Shown in pieces: positions 1 to 12,431 of a stretch of DNA of 64,000 bases. This stretch comes from Utricularia gibba. Taxonomy: Eukaryota > Plantae > Magnoliophyta. Position numbers and translations under genes: made by a program. The stretch is taken from contig NEEC01000019.1 in NCBI GenBank assembly GCA_002189035.1, positions 1,116,001 to 1,180,000 of the forward strand, given 5' to 3'. The notes under the pieces are model-generated. The model was not told where the DNA came from. It saw only the letters and a program-made list of their open reading frames with translations, and made no database searches. Within the stretch, counting starts at the first letter, position 1; every line of letters begins with the position of its first letter.

Positions 1-203
1 ATTCCTTATTTAAACACATCTCCTCTTCTTCTACTGTAATCAAGGTGGCATATTGTCATACACCATTGGCCTCACATTTTAACATGTTGATGTTTTTTTA
101 AAAAAAAATTGAAGGACAAGAAAGTAAAATTAAATATAATTTCTATTTTGTTTTGTGTTCAACTTTTTATCTCTTCGGTCGTAGTGGACTGATGTTTTGA
201 GCG

Positions 204-1716
204 ATGGCGGAATCGTTGACGACGACGTCAAAGCCTACTACGGCGGAGGATAACCGCATTCACGTGTTCTGGCACGATGGGATGCTGAATCACGATACGG
301 GTAGGGGAGTATTTGATACGGGTATCGATCCGGGTTTTCTCGACGTGCTCGAGAATCACCCAGAGAATTCGGATAGGATCAGGAACATGGTCTCGATTCT
401 GAAAAGGGGACCGATTTCGCCGTTTGTTTGCTGGCACCGTGGGAGGCCTGCTTTGATTTCCGAATTGCTGTACTTTCACACCCAAGGTGAGTCTTTTTTT
501 CGGAGTTTTTACAGTTGTTGACTGTGGCGAATGCGAATTTTGGGCGATTTCGTTGTATTGGCGAATATAATTTGGACACTAGCAGTGAATTCAAAAAGTC
601 AGCAGCTTTGTTCGGATTTTTTGTTTGTTGCACCTATTCTGCTGTTTGGATTGGTGATCTTCTGCTGTCTACCTCGTTGATGCATCCACCACTTTTACCA
701 TGATTACTCCTGCTACTGAATTAGTTGAAATCTGTGATGCAAGCATACGTTGAGGAGCTACAGAATGCGGACGAATCCGGCCCCAAAACCATCTGTGCAG
801 GGACTTTCTTGAACCGGGGATCATTGGATGCTGCAGTTCTCGCAGCCGGAACCTCTTTATCAGCAATGCAGTACATTCTCGATGGATATGCCAAAATCGC
901 GTATGCCTTGGTGCGTCCCCAGGCCATCACGCACAGCCAACTCAAGCAGATGGCTACTGTTTCTTCAACAATGCAGGTATTGCAGTGGAACTAGCTCTCA
1001 GGTCTGGAATCAGCAGGGTAGTTGTCATCGACATTGATGTCCATTATGGAAATGGAACTGCTGAAGGCTTTTATCGTACTGATAACGTCCTCACAATATC
1101 ACTTCACATGAACCATGGATCATGGGGACCCTCCCACCCACAAACCGGAAGTGTCGAGGAGCTCGGCGACAACACTGGTTTTGGGTATAACTTGAATATA
1201 CCATTGCCCAATGGAACAGGAGACAGGGGCTATGCTCATGCGATGAATGAAATATCCCTCCCTGCTGTCAACAAGTTTAAACCGGAGATGATCGTTCTTG
1301 TGGTTGGCCAAGATTCCAGTGCTGTAAGTTAAACGTTCCATTTGCAGGATCAGAATCAGAAAACCATCATATTACATGGTATTTGAACTCACCAGTTTGT
1401 TATCCTCCGTGTTTTTCAGTTTGATCCAAACGGAAGACAGTGCCTGACGATGGAAGGCTACCGGAGAATCGGCCAGGTGGTTCGCGAAATGGCGAACGCC
1501 CACAGCGACGGACGTATTCTGATGGTGCAGGAAGGAGGATACCATGTTACATATTCAGCTTATTGTCTACACGCTCTGCTGGAAGGTTTGCTTGCTGTGC
1601 CTACTCCTCTTCTCCCCGATCCCATCGCCTATTACCCTGAAAATGAAAGCTTTGCCATCTCCGCCATAGCCTCTATCAAGAAGTATTTACAGGAGTCGTC
1701 ACCCCTTTTCCGGTGA
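204..1716 (+). CDS. HDA8: Histone deacetylase, HDA8-type (RPD3/HDA1 superfamily); 3 exons; apparent 1-nt deletion at 917-920
   Basis: Exons 204-486, 744-1323, 1420-1716 with GT..AG boundaries. Motifs VFWHDGML-HD, HPEN-DR, DIDVHYGNGTAEGF, VVGQDSS, VQEGGY. One extra C in the C4 run at 917-920 restores RPPGHHAQPTQADGYCFFNN. Confidence 0.93.
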
Positions 1717-3400
1717 CTTCATGGCTCTTTTTGTTGAATTACTGCATTTTAATTCCAAATATTCAAAATATTTTCATATCTTAGTATAATTAAATATATA
1801 TATATATATATATATATTATTTTAAATTTATAATCTTATCCAGTGATAAAAAAAACATAAAATTAAGACCCACCAATCACCATCAAGATACTCAAAGTCA
1901 ATCTTTCTGTGTCTGATTGAACCATTGAGAAGCATCCAAATATTGTTACTTTCATTTTTAATAATAAGATAATGATCATACCATTGAGTGTTGATCTGAT
2001 TACTATTTTCTAACATGTTGATATTTTAAATTTATTTATATGATTATATTCATTGGTTTTTAAGCTCTAAAAAAAGAGAATAATTAATTTGAAATATGAG
2101 AAAAAATCTTTATGAAATTCGTAAAGCATTCTCACAACAATTTTACTAAATTATTTAACATGTCGTGATTCATGGTTTTTTTTAATGTTAAATTCGAAAT
2201 CCAAATATAAATTTCAAAGCTTTAAATTATATATATATATATATATATATATTATGATCTATATTATTATTATATGATATTATACGTTTATTCAATTTTC
2301 ATGATTTTACATTTTTTTCTTTTAAAAAAAATCATACAAAATTAAGAGGTTCCTTTTTTTTAAACACATATAATCTATCCATCCATATCAATATGATATA
2401 CCATCATTGGGGTTCTAATATATATATACTAGATGATTTGACAAAAAACCTCAAGTAGTTTGACTATATGGCCTCTTGAACCTTAGTCCATTTTATTTGA
2501 AACAATTTATATTTATAAAAAAATATTTTTTTATCAAATACAAGTAATTTATATTATAAAAAATACAAATTTATTAACATTTCTTATTTTAAAGAAGCTA
2601 CAAAAACCATACTTCTTTTTAAATATAAAGATATCTTAAAAAATAATTTTTGAAAAATAGAATCTTAAATTTAATATTTAATTAAATTTAAGTAAGACAT
2701 CCAAGTCATGAGACCACAAAACAATTTAGGTAGGCGGTGTCTTAATCATGGCCCATAATTAAATGAAATGACGTGTCAATCAAATTGGGAAAAAAAGAGA
2801 AATAATTTGACTGCGTGTTATATATTATGATCCAATACTATAGAAATTTAATGGTAACATATTGTAGTCACGTGAAGGTGTCTATAATGACCCGAGAGGG
2901 AAGGGAACTAGAAGTCAGAGGTAATAAAAACATTATATCAAGGAACATGAATTCGGTAATAAAGTCTTGTGTCATCACATTGATTAATTATGTGCTATTT
3001 AAGTATGGGGGAAGATTAGGTTAAATAAATGACCAATTGGCTTCCTAATCTGCATTATTGAGGGTGGCGTGGGCGTCTTATTTATAATTGTGGGGTTAGT
3101 TGGTGCACCTTCACATCAACCTTAATAAGGCTCATACTAAATCATTATAAAATAATTAAATGGTGACAAATCCTAGTTTTAGTACTTTTCAAATTTAACT
3201 AAAAATAACAATTTTTAGTGTATTGGAGAAGTTCCGAATAATTTAGAAATCTGATCAGCATGTGTGATGTGTGTGTGAAATGATTCAGAAATTTTACTAT
3301 TTTTAGTAGATTGTGGAATTATTCTATTTTCATAATTTTTTAAAATTCGTGTTTCATAGTTGATATAAGCATGGATATACCATATACTAATATACATAAT

Positions 3401-3557
3401 ATGTGTTTAGTAATTAGTATAAATTTATCTCGATACATTTTTTTTCTTTTATTATAATTATACATTTCTCTCATATATCATAATTTTTTAAATTTATCAT
3501 GGTATCATGAATAAATTATATCAAGATAATATATACCGATATAGTTACTAAACACAT
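3401..3557. mobile_element. Possible small MITE-like inverted-repeat element upstream of TMK
   Basis: 13-bp perfect inverted repeat ATGTGTTTAGTAA (3401-3413) / TTACTAAACACAT (3545-3557) around an AT-rich core. The arm resembles the GTGTTTGGTA TIR at 26760-26985. No clear TSD. Confidence 0.4.
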
Positions 3558-4333
3558 CTAAATTGATCTATTTTAAATAAATCTATTAAATATAATCTCA
3601 TTTTAAACATACATATCTTAAAACTTACTCAAATTTAAATAATTTTTAACATATCATTAATTTAACTATTTAAGGGAACATTTGTTACCTTATGTTATAG
3701 AGTCACCATATTTAATTTGTTTATTGGGGCTATAAAAAAAGGTGGATGCTCCGAGAAAAGCTGGGGATGCGTGGCTAGCTTTTTTCTTCCTTGGTGGTTG
3801 CCCGAAGAGTGCAGTAGTTTGTGTGTAGTCAAAAAAACACAAAGGGGGAAAAGGTGGGGATAACGACAAGAGATTTGAAAGATTCTTAGTTTGTCTTATG
3901 GTTAGAACATCAGTCTTGGGGGAAAAAGTAAATTCCCTTAACAGTGACAATCGACATGACCATGAAAGATTCTCAATTTTGCTTTCGACAGCTTAAAAAT
4001 GTGTGAAATTTTGATGGGGTGGTAAGAAGATGTAATTGGGTTGGAAGCCAAGTGTATAGTAGTTGGGTTTCGTATCATAGGCAGGGAACGTCTGTCGGCA
4101 GGGAGAGATCCACCCATTGGGAAAAATGCAGAAGCTTCCCGGGGAAACAACAAAAAAGTTTAAAGGGGACAGTTGTGAGAAAATTGCACTTTCTGTCAAA
4201 CCTAAACAGTAGCAAGGTCACTTATTTTTGCCCCATTTTTCTCCTTGTTCTCTTCATTGCTCATCTTCTTCTGGATTTTTGCTGGGTTGTCCATGAAGTA
4301 CAGAAAAGGATGGGTTTCTGGTCTTGAGAGTTG

Positions 4334-7290
4334 ATGTTCATGGGATTTGATGACTGTAAATCGATGTACATTGTCGGTGGGCTCTGGTGTTTATGGCTTT
4401 TTGTATGTGTTCATGGGTATACAGACGCGAATGATTTCAAGATTCTGAGCGATTTCAGAGATAATCTGGAGAACCCCGAGGTGTTGAAATGGCCGAAAAA
4501 TGGGTATGGTGATGGTGATCCTTGTGGCCCTCCTTCATGGCCACATGTTTTTTGCTCTAATGGAAGAGTGACCCAGATTCAAGTTCAGGGTCTTGGATTG
4601 AGAGGTCCATTGCCCCAGAACCTGAATCAGTTGAATAAGCTTGAAAATGTTGGTTTTCAGAGGAACAACTTCAATGGAAAGTTGCCGACATTCAATGGTT
4701 TGTCAAATCTTAAGTTTGCGTTCTTGGATTTTAATGACTTTGACACAATACCTGGTGATTTCTTTGTTGGATTGAGTAGTATTCTTGTTCTTGCTCTTGA
4801 TGCTAATCCCTTGAATCGCACATCCGGATGGAGGATTCCTGATGATGTTTCCGAGTCTTCCCTGTTAGTGAATTTCTCTTGTTCCAGCTGTAATATCGTC
4901 GGCTCTGTGCCTGATTTTTTTGGGAAGCTCCCATCGCTCTCTACATTGGCATTGTCCTACAACAGGTTGTCTGGTCCTATTCCATCCACTTTTCGCAACT
5001 CGATGTTGCAAGTATTGTGGTTGAATAACCAAGAGGGAGATGGAATGACAGGTTCTCTTGATGTGATCTCCACTATGACAGAGCTAACACAAGTTTGGAT
5101 CCATGGAAACCATTTCGTCGGTGAGATTCCAGAGGATATCGATAGACTGCATTACTTACAGGAACTGAACGTTAATGAGAATCATCTTGTTGGTCTGATA
5201 CCCCAGAGCTTAGCTGGTATGAATCTTCAAGTGTTGGATCTGAGTAACAATATGTTCATGGGAGGAATACCTTTGTTCAAGGCTGCAAATGTTTCCTTTT
5301 CGTCGAATTCCTTCTGTTTATCGAAACCCGGCGAGCAATGTGCTCCTCAAGTTACAGCCCTTTTGGATTTTCTACGTGAGTTGAACTATCCTGAGCGGCT
5401 TGCTTCACAGTGGACCGGAAATGATCCTTGTGGAGGACACTGGCTGGGGATCACTTGCAACACCAGGGATGAGGTTTCAGTGATAAATCTGCAAAAATTT
5501 GAACTGAATGGAACTTTAAGCGCTTCCCTTGTCAACTTATCTTCACTTGTTGAAGTTCATTTGGAAGGAAACAACCTCAGTGGAAGAATCCCGGCGGAGA
5601 TAATGGAGATTCGATCCCTGAGAGTGTTGAAGTTATCTGACAACAATTTTGAGCCTCCACTTCCAAGATTCAGAGATTCTGTTCTTGTATCAGTAGATGG
5701 TAATCCAAGGCTTGAAGATCAAGGGCCGGAGAAATCCCCGCCGCAACCGGCCTCTCCGTCTCTACCACCTCAGGCGGCTCCGAGGTCCCCCTCATTCAGT
5801 GGATCTCGCCCCAGTCAGGACCATTCAGCCAAAAACTCAAGCACAACAATGTTGCCAAGCGTCGTGAATGAGAGATCAAAGCAGCCAAGTTCCCTTGTTT
5901 TAGTCATAGCTTCTTCCATTGCTGGTTCATCTGTTATCGTAGTTCTGTCTGTTGGTTACTGCATTAGCGGAAAACAGAAGAATTCTGGTGCAGATCTTGT
6001 TGGTGGCTCCAAAGATGTAGACTCCAGAACGCTGAAAATTGCCATGGCTGGTGGCTCTAGAGCTGGCAGTGCCACTGAGAGCATAAGCTTTAGAAGCTTG
6101 GAGAAGAATCAAAATTTCGAGTCAGGGAGTCCCTTCATTTCTCTTCAGATCCTACGCAGCGTGACTAGCAACTTTGCGCAAGAAAACGAGCTCGGTCGCG
6201 GAGGGTTCGGAGTAGTTTACAAAGGCCAGCTCGAAGATGGAACCAAGATTGCAGTCAAGAGAATGGTGGTTGGAGCCATAAGCAACAAGGCACTAGATGA
6301 GTTTCGATCAGAAATCAATGTGCTTTCAAGGGTTCGCCATCGAAACCTTGTCTCCCTCCTCGGCTACTCAGTGGAAGGAAATGAGAGGCTTCTGGTTTAT
6401 GAATACATGTCTCAAGGTGCCCTCAGTCATCATCTCTTCCGCTGGAAAAGTCTTGGTTTGGCACCATTGCCATGGTCCAAAAGGCTTCACATTGCTCTTG
6501 ATGTTGCTAGAGGAGTTGAATATCTTCATACCTTGGCTCACCAGAGCTTCATACACAGAGATCTCAAGTCTGCAAATATCCTTCTTGATGGCGATTTTCG
6601 AGCCAAAGTTTCTGACTTTGGATTAGTGAAGCTGGCTGCAGATTCTGATAGATCCTTTGCAACCCGTCTCGCCGGAACATTTGGATACCTTGCGCCGGAA
6701 TACGCTGGTACGAACCGACCATCTTCCCTTTCACTCCATGACCATCATAGCTGTTTAATGGAAGTCCTGCTCTTCTTTTTTCAGTCACAGGAAAAATCAC
6801 CACGAAAGTTGATGTGTTCAGCTTCGGTGTGATCCTGATCGAACTCGTGACCGGCTTAGTCGCATTAGACGAGCAACGTTCGGAGGAAATCCGGTACCTG
6901 GTAGAGTGGTTTTGGCAGGTAAAATCCAACCTTTCCTCCTTCATTGCATCCATAGACCCTGCTCTGGACGCAGATGAGCAGAAACGTGAAACCATATTCG
7001 CTGTCGCCGAGTTGGCGGGCTACTGCACAGCAAGGGATCCCAACCACCGCCCCGAGATGGGGCATGTTGTCAACATTCTTGGAAGCTTGGTGGAGAAATG
7101 GAAGCCAGTGGAGGAGACAGACGAAGACTCCTGGCTCGACATGAGCTTGCCGCTCTCACAGATGCTCAAGGGGTGGCAAGAAGAAAGGAACACACAGGAT
7201 CTGAGCTACCATTCAGAGGACACCAGAGGAAGCATCCCTTCAAAACCATCAGGCTTTGCTGATTCCTTCACCTCAACTGATGCACGGTGA
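4334..7290 (+). CDS. TMK: TMK-family LRR receptor-like kinase (LRR-IX), 2 exons
   Basis: Exon 1 4334-6707, intron 6708-6784, exon 2 6785-7290 (YA|VTGKITTKVDVFSFGV). Signal peptide, two DPC..W..C caps, LRRs interrupted by a Cys-pair island (NSFC..PG..C), Ser/Pro stalk, TM helix. Kinase motifs GRGGFGVVY, AVKRM, HRDLK, DFG, GTFGYLAPEY; TMK-type tail GFADSFTSTDAR. Paralogue number not assignable. Confidence 0.95.
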
Positions 7291-8617
7291 AGAGCAAGCA
7301 AAGCATGATCGGATTGGATCGGCTCGACATTCGCCAAATAAAATGCTATCGCGGTCACCGAAGAATTACAACAAGCTCAAAATGAGGTGATCAAGCAGCT
7401 AGTTTGATGTTGTAGATACACAGCAGAGTTGCATCAACGTTTCTGTCTCTGCTTGTTTGGTTCCAGTGTAGGAATACGCACCTTCTCCCCCTGTGTCTTG
7501 TTGTTCCCTTTATATTGTACCTATCAGCCATCATACGGAAGTCGGGTTTATATGGTAAAAGCGTTTTTAATTTCTGAACTCACGACTTAATATCAATTGG
7601 TTAGTATGTTTTGATATAATGTAATTGAGTATGTATATATTAAATTATACATAATATTTATTATTCGAAAATAAAAATTTAATATTTAATTGGTATAAAT
7701 ATACTTAACTCTCCTACTTTTTATTCTATTTATGGATATTATTTATATTTTCAAAAAATAAATATATAAATGATACAATCATACAATATTGTTATATATA
7801 CTAATTAATTAAATAGTAATTTATGTGTAAATTTAGATATAAATTTTATATATTATATTATTAAAACACCCTTTAATAGTAATGAGTAGGTTCATAAAAA
7901 TGAGACTTCTTCTCTTTTTATAAATATATTTATAAAAAAAATTAATAAATGATTTAGATGATAAATATTAATATGTATATTAAATATTTATGAGAAAATG
8001 AAACCGAGATTTATATTAAAAAATTATTAAAAAATACTTTCTAATAAAGAAATACTGAGAATCTAATTATTCTTTTATATAAATAAAATACTTTTCATCC
8101 TATTTACTATTAATTAACCAAACATATCTTATTCCCTCGTTTATCTCTATTAAGGTAAAATGTACCTTCAATTGGGCTGGGCTATGGAGCTTGGTGGGCT
8201 TTTATTTGGGCTTTCTTATTTGGCCTCGTGCCATCTGATCTGCATGTTGGAGTCGTGGGTTGAAGATTCCATTCTTCGCCAGAGATTCAATCTCCATTGT
8301 CTTCTTCTCGGTCTTCCTGCACCTTTTGCTTGTCTTCTCTGAAGGCTCTTTTCCCTTTATTTGGAAAAGAATATATTTTTTTAAAAAAAGGGAAAATAAT
8401 GAAAAATAAATGACAATAAATAAATACGCATGGAATGGATCAACGTGCTAAAAATGCGACAGTTAGTTTCAGTTATGAGTTAAAAGTGCTGCAATTACTA
8501 TAAAGAGAATAACGTCGAAGTTCAAAAATAACTTAACTTGGTGTTCAAGTTTGTGCTGTTTATAAGGGACAGAACATGGAGGAGAAGGCTGGATAAGGAA
8601 CCCCAACTCTGAGCTGA

Positions 8618-9310
8618 ATGTCGGCCAAGGACTGCGACGAGGACTCCAACTCCGGCGGCGGGAAGAAGCTCCTCCGCCGCGTCGCTTCCATATTTTTGGG
8701 AATCATGGGGTTGGCCACCTTCCTCATCATCCTCATCTTTGTCGTCCTCCGCCCCACAAAGCCCCACTTCTCCCTCCAAGACGCCACCGTCTTCGGATTC
8801 AACCTCTCCGCCGGCAACTTGCTGACCTCCACTTTCCAGGTGACGCTGTCATCCCGGAACCCTAACAGCCACGTCGGGATCTACTACGATCGCTTGGACG
8901 TCGTCGCCACGTACCACAGCCAGCAGATCACATTGCCTGCGCACCTCTCCACAGGGTAACGCCACAGTCCTTTCTTGAGAGTATGATAATGGAACTATGG
9001 GACGGTTTTTCTATTTGCCAAAAGGTACCAGGGGCACAAGGACACGACGGTGTGGTCGCCGTTTCTGTACGGCTCGGCGTTGCCGGTGGCGCCGTATCTG
9101 GCGGTGTCGCTGGCTCAGGAAGAGGCTTCGAGCACGGTGCAGGTGAACGTGAGGGTCGACGGCAGAATCAGGTGGAAGGTGGGGACGTTGATCACCGGAA
9201 AATACCACTTGTACGTGAACTGCCCGGCGTATCTTAGCATCACCAACAGAAGTAGCGCCGCCGCGGGAGGGAAGTACCAGCTCCTCATGGACTGTATCGT
9301 CGATATGTAA
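8618..9310 (+). CDS. NDR1/HIN1-like (LEA_2 domain) protein, NHL1/NHL12-like; 2 exons
   Basis: MSAKDC start, TM helix, LRPTKP.F, RNPN..VGIYYDRL, QQITLP; exon 1 8618-8955, 69-bp GT..AG intron 8956-9024, exon 2 9025-9310. Splicing gives G|YQGHKDTTVWSPFLYG and continues to GR.RWKVG..TGKYHLYVNCPA. Confidence 0.9.
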
Positions 9311-10249
9311 CCCTACGCTGCTTCTCTAAAGCACACTATCATCACATGTACAAATTGTGTCTCGCATTTTAAATCCAATTTAATGTAAATTATATCCTAA
9401 AATACAAATTAAAAAGTGTTTTGGAAATTTTTTTAAATCTATTTTTTACTTTTGGAAAAGTAAAAAATTAAAGTAGCAATGGAATTGAAAATATTTTAGA
9501 AAAATATTTTTCAAAAATATGTTGAATTAAAAATAGAATTGAAAAGTCAAAATTAATCTACTTTTTATTTTAACTTCTATTTAATATTACCTCAGAAAAA
9601 TAAAATAAATTATGTTTTATACACAAACTATTTCCATTTTTTAAAGATTATTTTTGGTGTTGTCTCAATATAATTATTTATATCAACGAGTGTCGAAATA
9701 CTTTTGATCATTTAATATTAATCTGTAATTTATTATATATTTGAAAATTTTATAAGGTAATCTGATTTTTGTCACTTAATCACGATTATCATTTTTTTGT
9801 TATTATTTGGATCATTAGTTGATCCGGTTTTCATTATTTAATCCCAATGCATCTATTTGTTTTTTAATTAAAACTCATACAAATACAAAATCTATCATAG
9901 ACACCCAAGTTGAAATTAGGGATCCATCTTGACTATCAAAGTACATAATAAATGTAGATCAAAATTAGATTCAATTAATCATTATTGATTTTTTTTATTT
10001 ATTTGAATATTTCATTTTAATTTTTGGATGTGAAATTATATGTTCTAATAAAAACAACAAATGTTTGAATACTTTAATTATAAGATATCTCACTTATTGG
10101 AATTGGAAGTAATCTCAAATTACGAATCAGCAGCAGCACATTCAAACAACGCTTTTTCTTTTAATCCAAATTCTTTTTTATTGTCTTTTTTTTTCATGCA
10201 GGCACCGAGCTGCGATCTCTTCCACTCCAAAGACGGAAGCCGGCGTTCT

Positions 10250-12431
10250 CTATATCCTGCTGATATCCCTGCCGAAGACCATGGTGGTGAACCAGTTTAT
10301 AGCGACGTAGAACCTGTTTCTCCAGCTGATCACACGTGTGAGATAAGCAGATCGCCATATGAACCAGCTCAGGAACCCCGCCAATGAGATCCCACTCGCA
10401 TCCTGTTGTTTCCCAGTTCAATTTCAAGCACAATGGGAGCATCCATCATTCACACGCAGACAGGCATATATCTGAAGTAGGGTACCTTGTTCTGCCTGAG
10501 GTCTATCAGGGCCCTGTACCTTCCCAGGGTGGCCATGCTCCCCAGGTGCTTGTACACGAAGGGCTCTCCGAAATCCGCCTTCTTCATCGTGCTGGCGCGG
10601 CCGCCGCCCTCCTTTCCGATCCGATTCAGTAGGGTGGCTAAGTACTTCCCTTGCCGTTCCGCCACCTGAAAATGAAAAAGATTACTCTCCTGATCAGTAC
10701 GCTTTTGCGCCGTCGTTCTAACCGGAAACGTGAGCATGCTTCACCTGAGCCAGGGCGGGAAGCACCGGCTTCCCGGTGCTTTCCAGGAAGCCGCTGCAAT
10801 CGCCGATCGCGAAAACGTCTTGCACCGAGGGCACCTGTAGCCACTCGTTTACACCAATCCTGCACATAAATATACGTAGATGATAAATATTCATATTTTT
10901 CAATAAATTTATTTATCAAATATAATTTGTTTTTTTATTTAAATATAAATAATTGAATTAATAAAACCATTGAACCCCACTATAATTATAAAATTCAATT
11001 AATTTTATTTTTAATTTCTAATGTGATATTAAAATAAAATTTCAAAAATAGTTACCGTCCTCCGGGAGATTTGGGGACTTCCAGGGCGGTAACGAATGGC
11101 GAGGGGCCGACTCCGGTGGACCAGACCAGAATTCCGTACGGGATTTCGGTGTCATCCTTGAGAACTATTTTTTCAGGTTGAACGTCCTTAACTACGCCAC
11201 GAACAAAACGCACCCCTGACTGAAAACGCATATTCACAACACAGTAAGTACTGATCTCGCATCGGAATTGAAGATAAAGAACTTGTGAGATCAAGCAGAA
11301 GAGATGATTCCCCCACCTTGGTCAAGTGGTTGATTGCGTACTCTCTAAGCCGATCACTGAAGGGACCCAGAATCTTGTTGGCCTGCGTGTTGAAGGATGC
11401 ATGAGTGCAGAAACATGAAACCTGCGTATGAATGTTGATAAGGAGGAACATACGAACCTCAATGAGTGTAACTTGGATGTAGTCCTTCACGTGGGCGTAC
11501 TTTTCATGAACTTCTTTCCTTATAAAGTCACTGAGCTCGCCGCTGAATTCGACGCCCGTCGGCCCACCCCCGACTACGACGCAGTGCAGCAACCGACGCT
11601 TCTCGTCGTCGGAGATCCCTGTTCGCAGCCGGGTTCAGAGACCAAAGGTCGACACAGAAATGACTGCTATTGACGAGGCGTGGATTTCATGTACCTGGCA
11701 CATCCGATAGCATGAGATTCAGCAGCAGCTTTCTCCTGATTTCTTGTGCATGGTGTACTTCACGGAGAAAGGTCGCGTGCTCCGTGGCACCCTTAATACC
11801 GAATGTCATAGGCTGAGCGCCGGAGGCGATCACAAGCTTGTCATATGCAACTTTAAAATTGTGGGAATCTAGAGCCTCTGTTCCTTCAGCAACTGTCTCG
11901 CAGAGCACCTGGGTTGGAATCCATCAGTTCAAAGAGAAAGTTAGTTTTTGAATAGAAAAACATGGGTTAGAGAAGAGAAAACTCATCCAAAACCTGGTGG
12001 TTCTCAAAGTCGACACCAGTACAGTTGGCGAGAAAAAAATAAGAACCGGGATCACGAGAAATCGCCGGCTGGATCTGTCCGATAGGCTCCGCCACCGATC
12101 GAAATTCGAGAGTGCCGACGCAGGTCGACGTCAGAAGCGGTGTAAACACCATGTGATTTCTCGGCGAGATGGACACGACATCGTAAATATTGGTGTCAAT
12201 ATCCTTGATCAGCTTGCAGCCACCCCAGCCGGAGCCGAGAACCACCACCCGAGGTTTCTCCCCCGGCTTCGTCGGCGGTAGCCTAGAAACATAGTCGCCA
12301 GAAACGGAGGCGAAACCCCGGAAACATCTGTCCACTGAACCGGTTTTTCCCCACTGCCCCTGCTTAGCAGCGGCGGCGCAGAAATAGGAAAAGCTCTTAA
12401 GAAATGGAGCTGATTTCTGCAGGTGGACCAT
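10250..12431 (-). CDS. NDA: Internal alternative NAD(P)H:ubiquinone oxidoreductase, NDA-type (copy A), 8 exons
   Basis: Exons 12431-11994, 11908-11695, 11618-11458, 11382-11317, 11219-11056, 10859-10745, 10665-10486, 10402-10250. Motifs [56 protein letters not shown]; ends FGRDISRI. Reading frame intact. Confidence 0.96.

Noticed and set aside
1793-2251. (TA)n microsatellites (also about 16943-16960) and poly-T runs in introns
   Set aside because: Ordinary plant simple repeats.
7600-7875. Possible degenerate MITE downstream of TMK
   Set aside because: The putative TIRs match only loosely in very AT-rich sequence, and there is no TSD.
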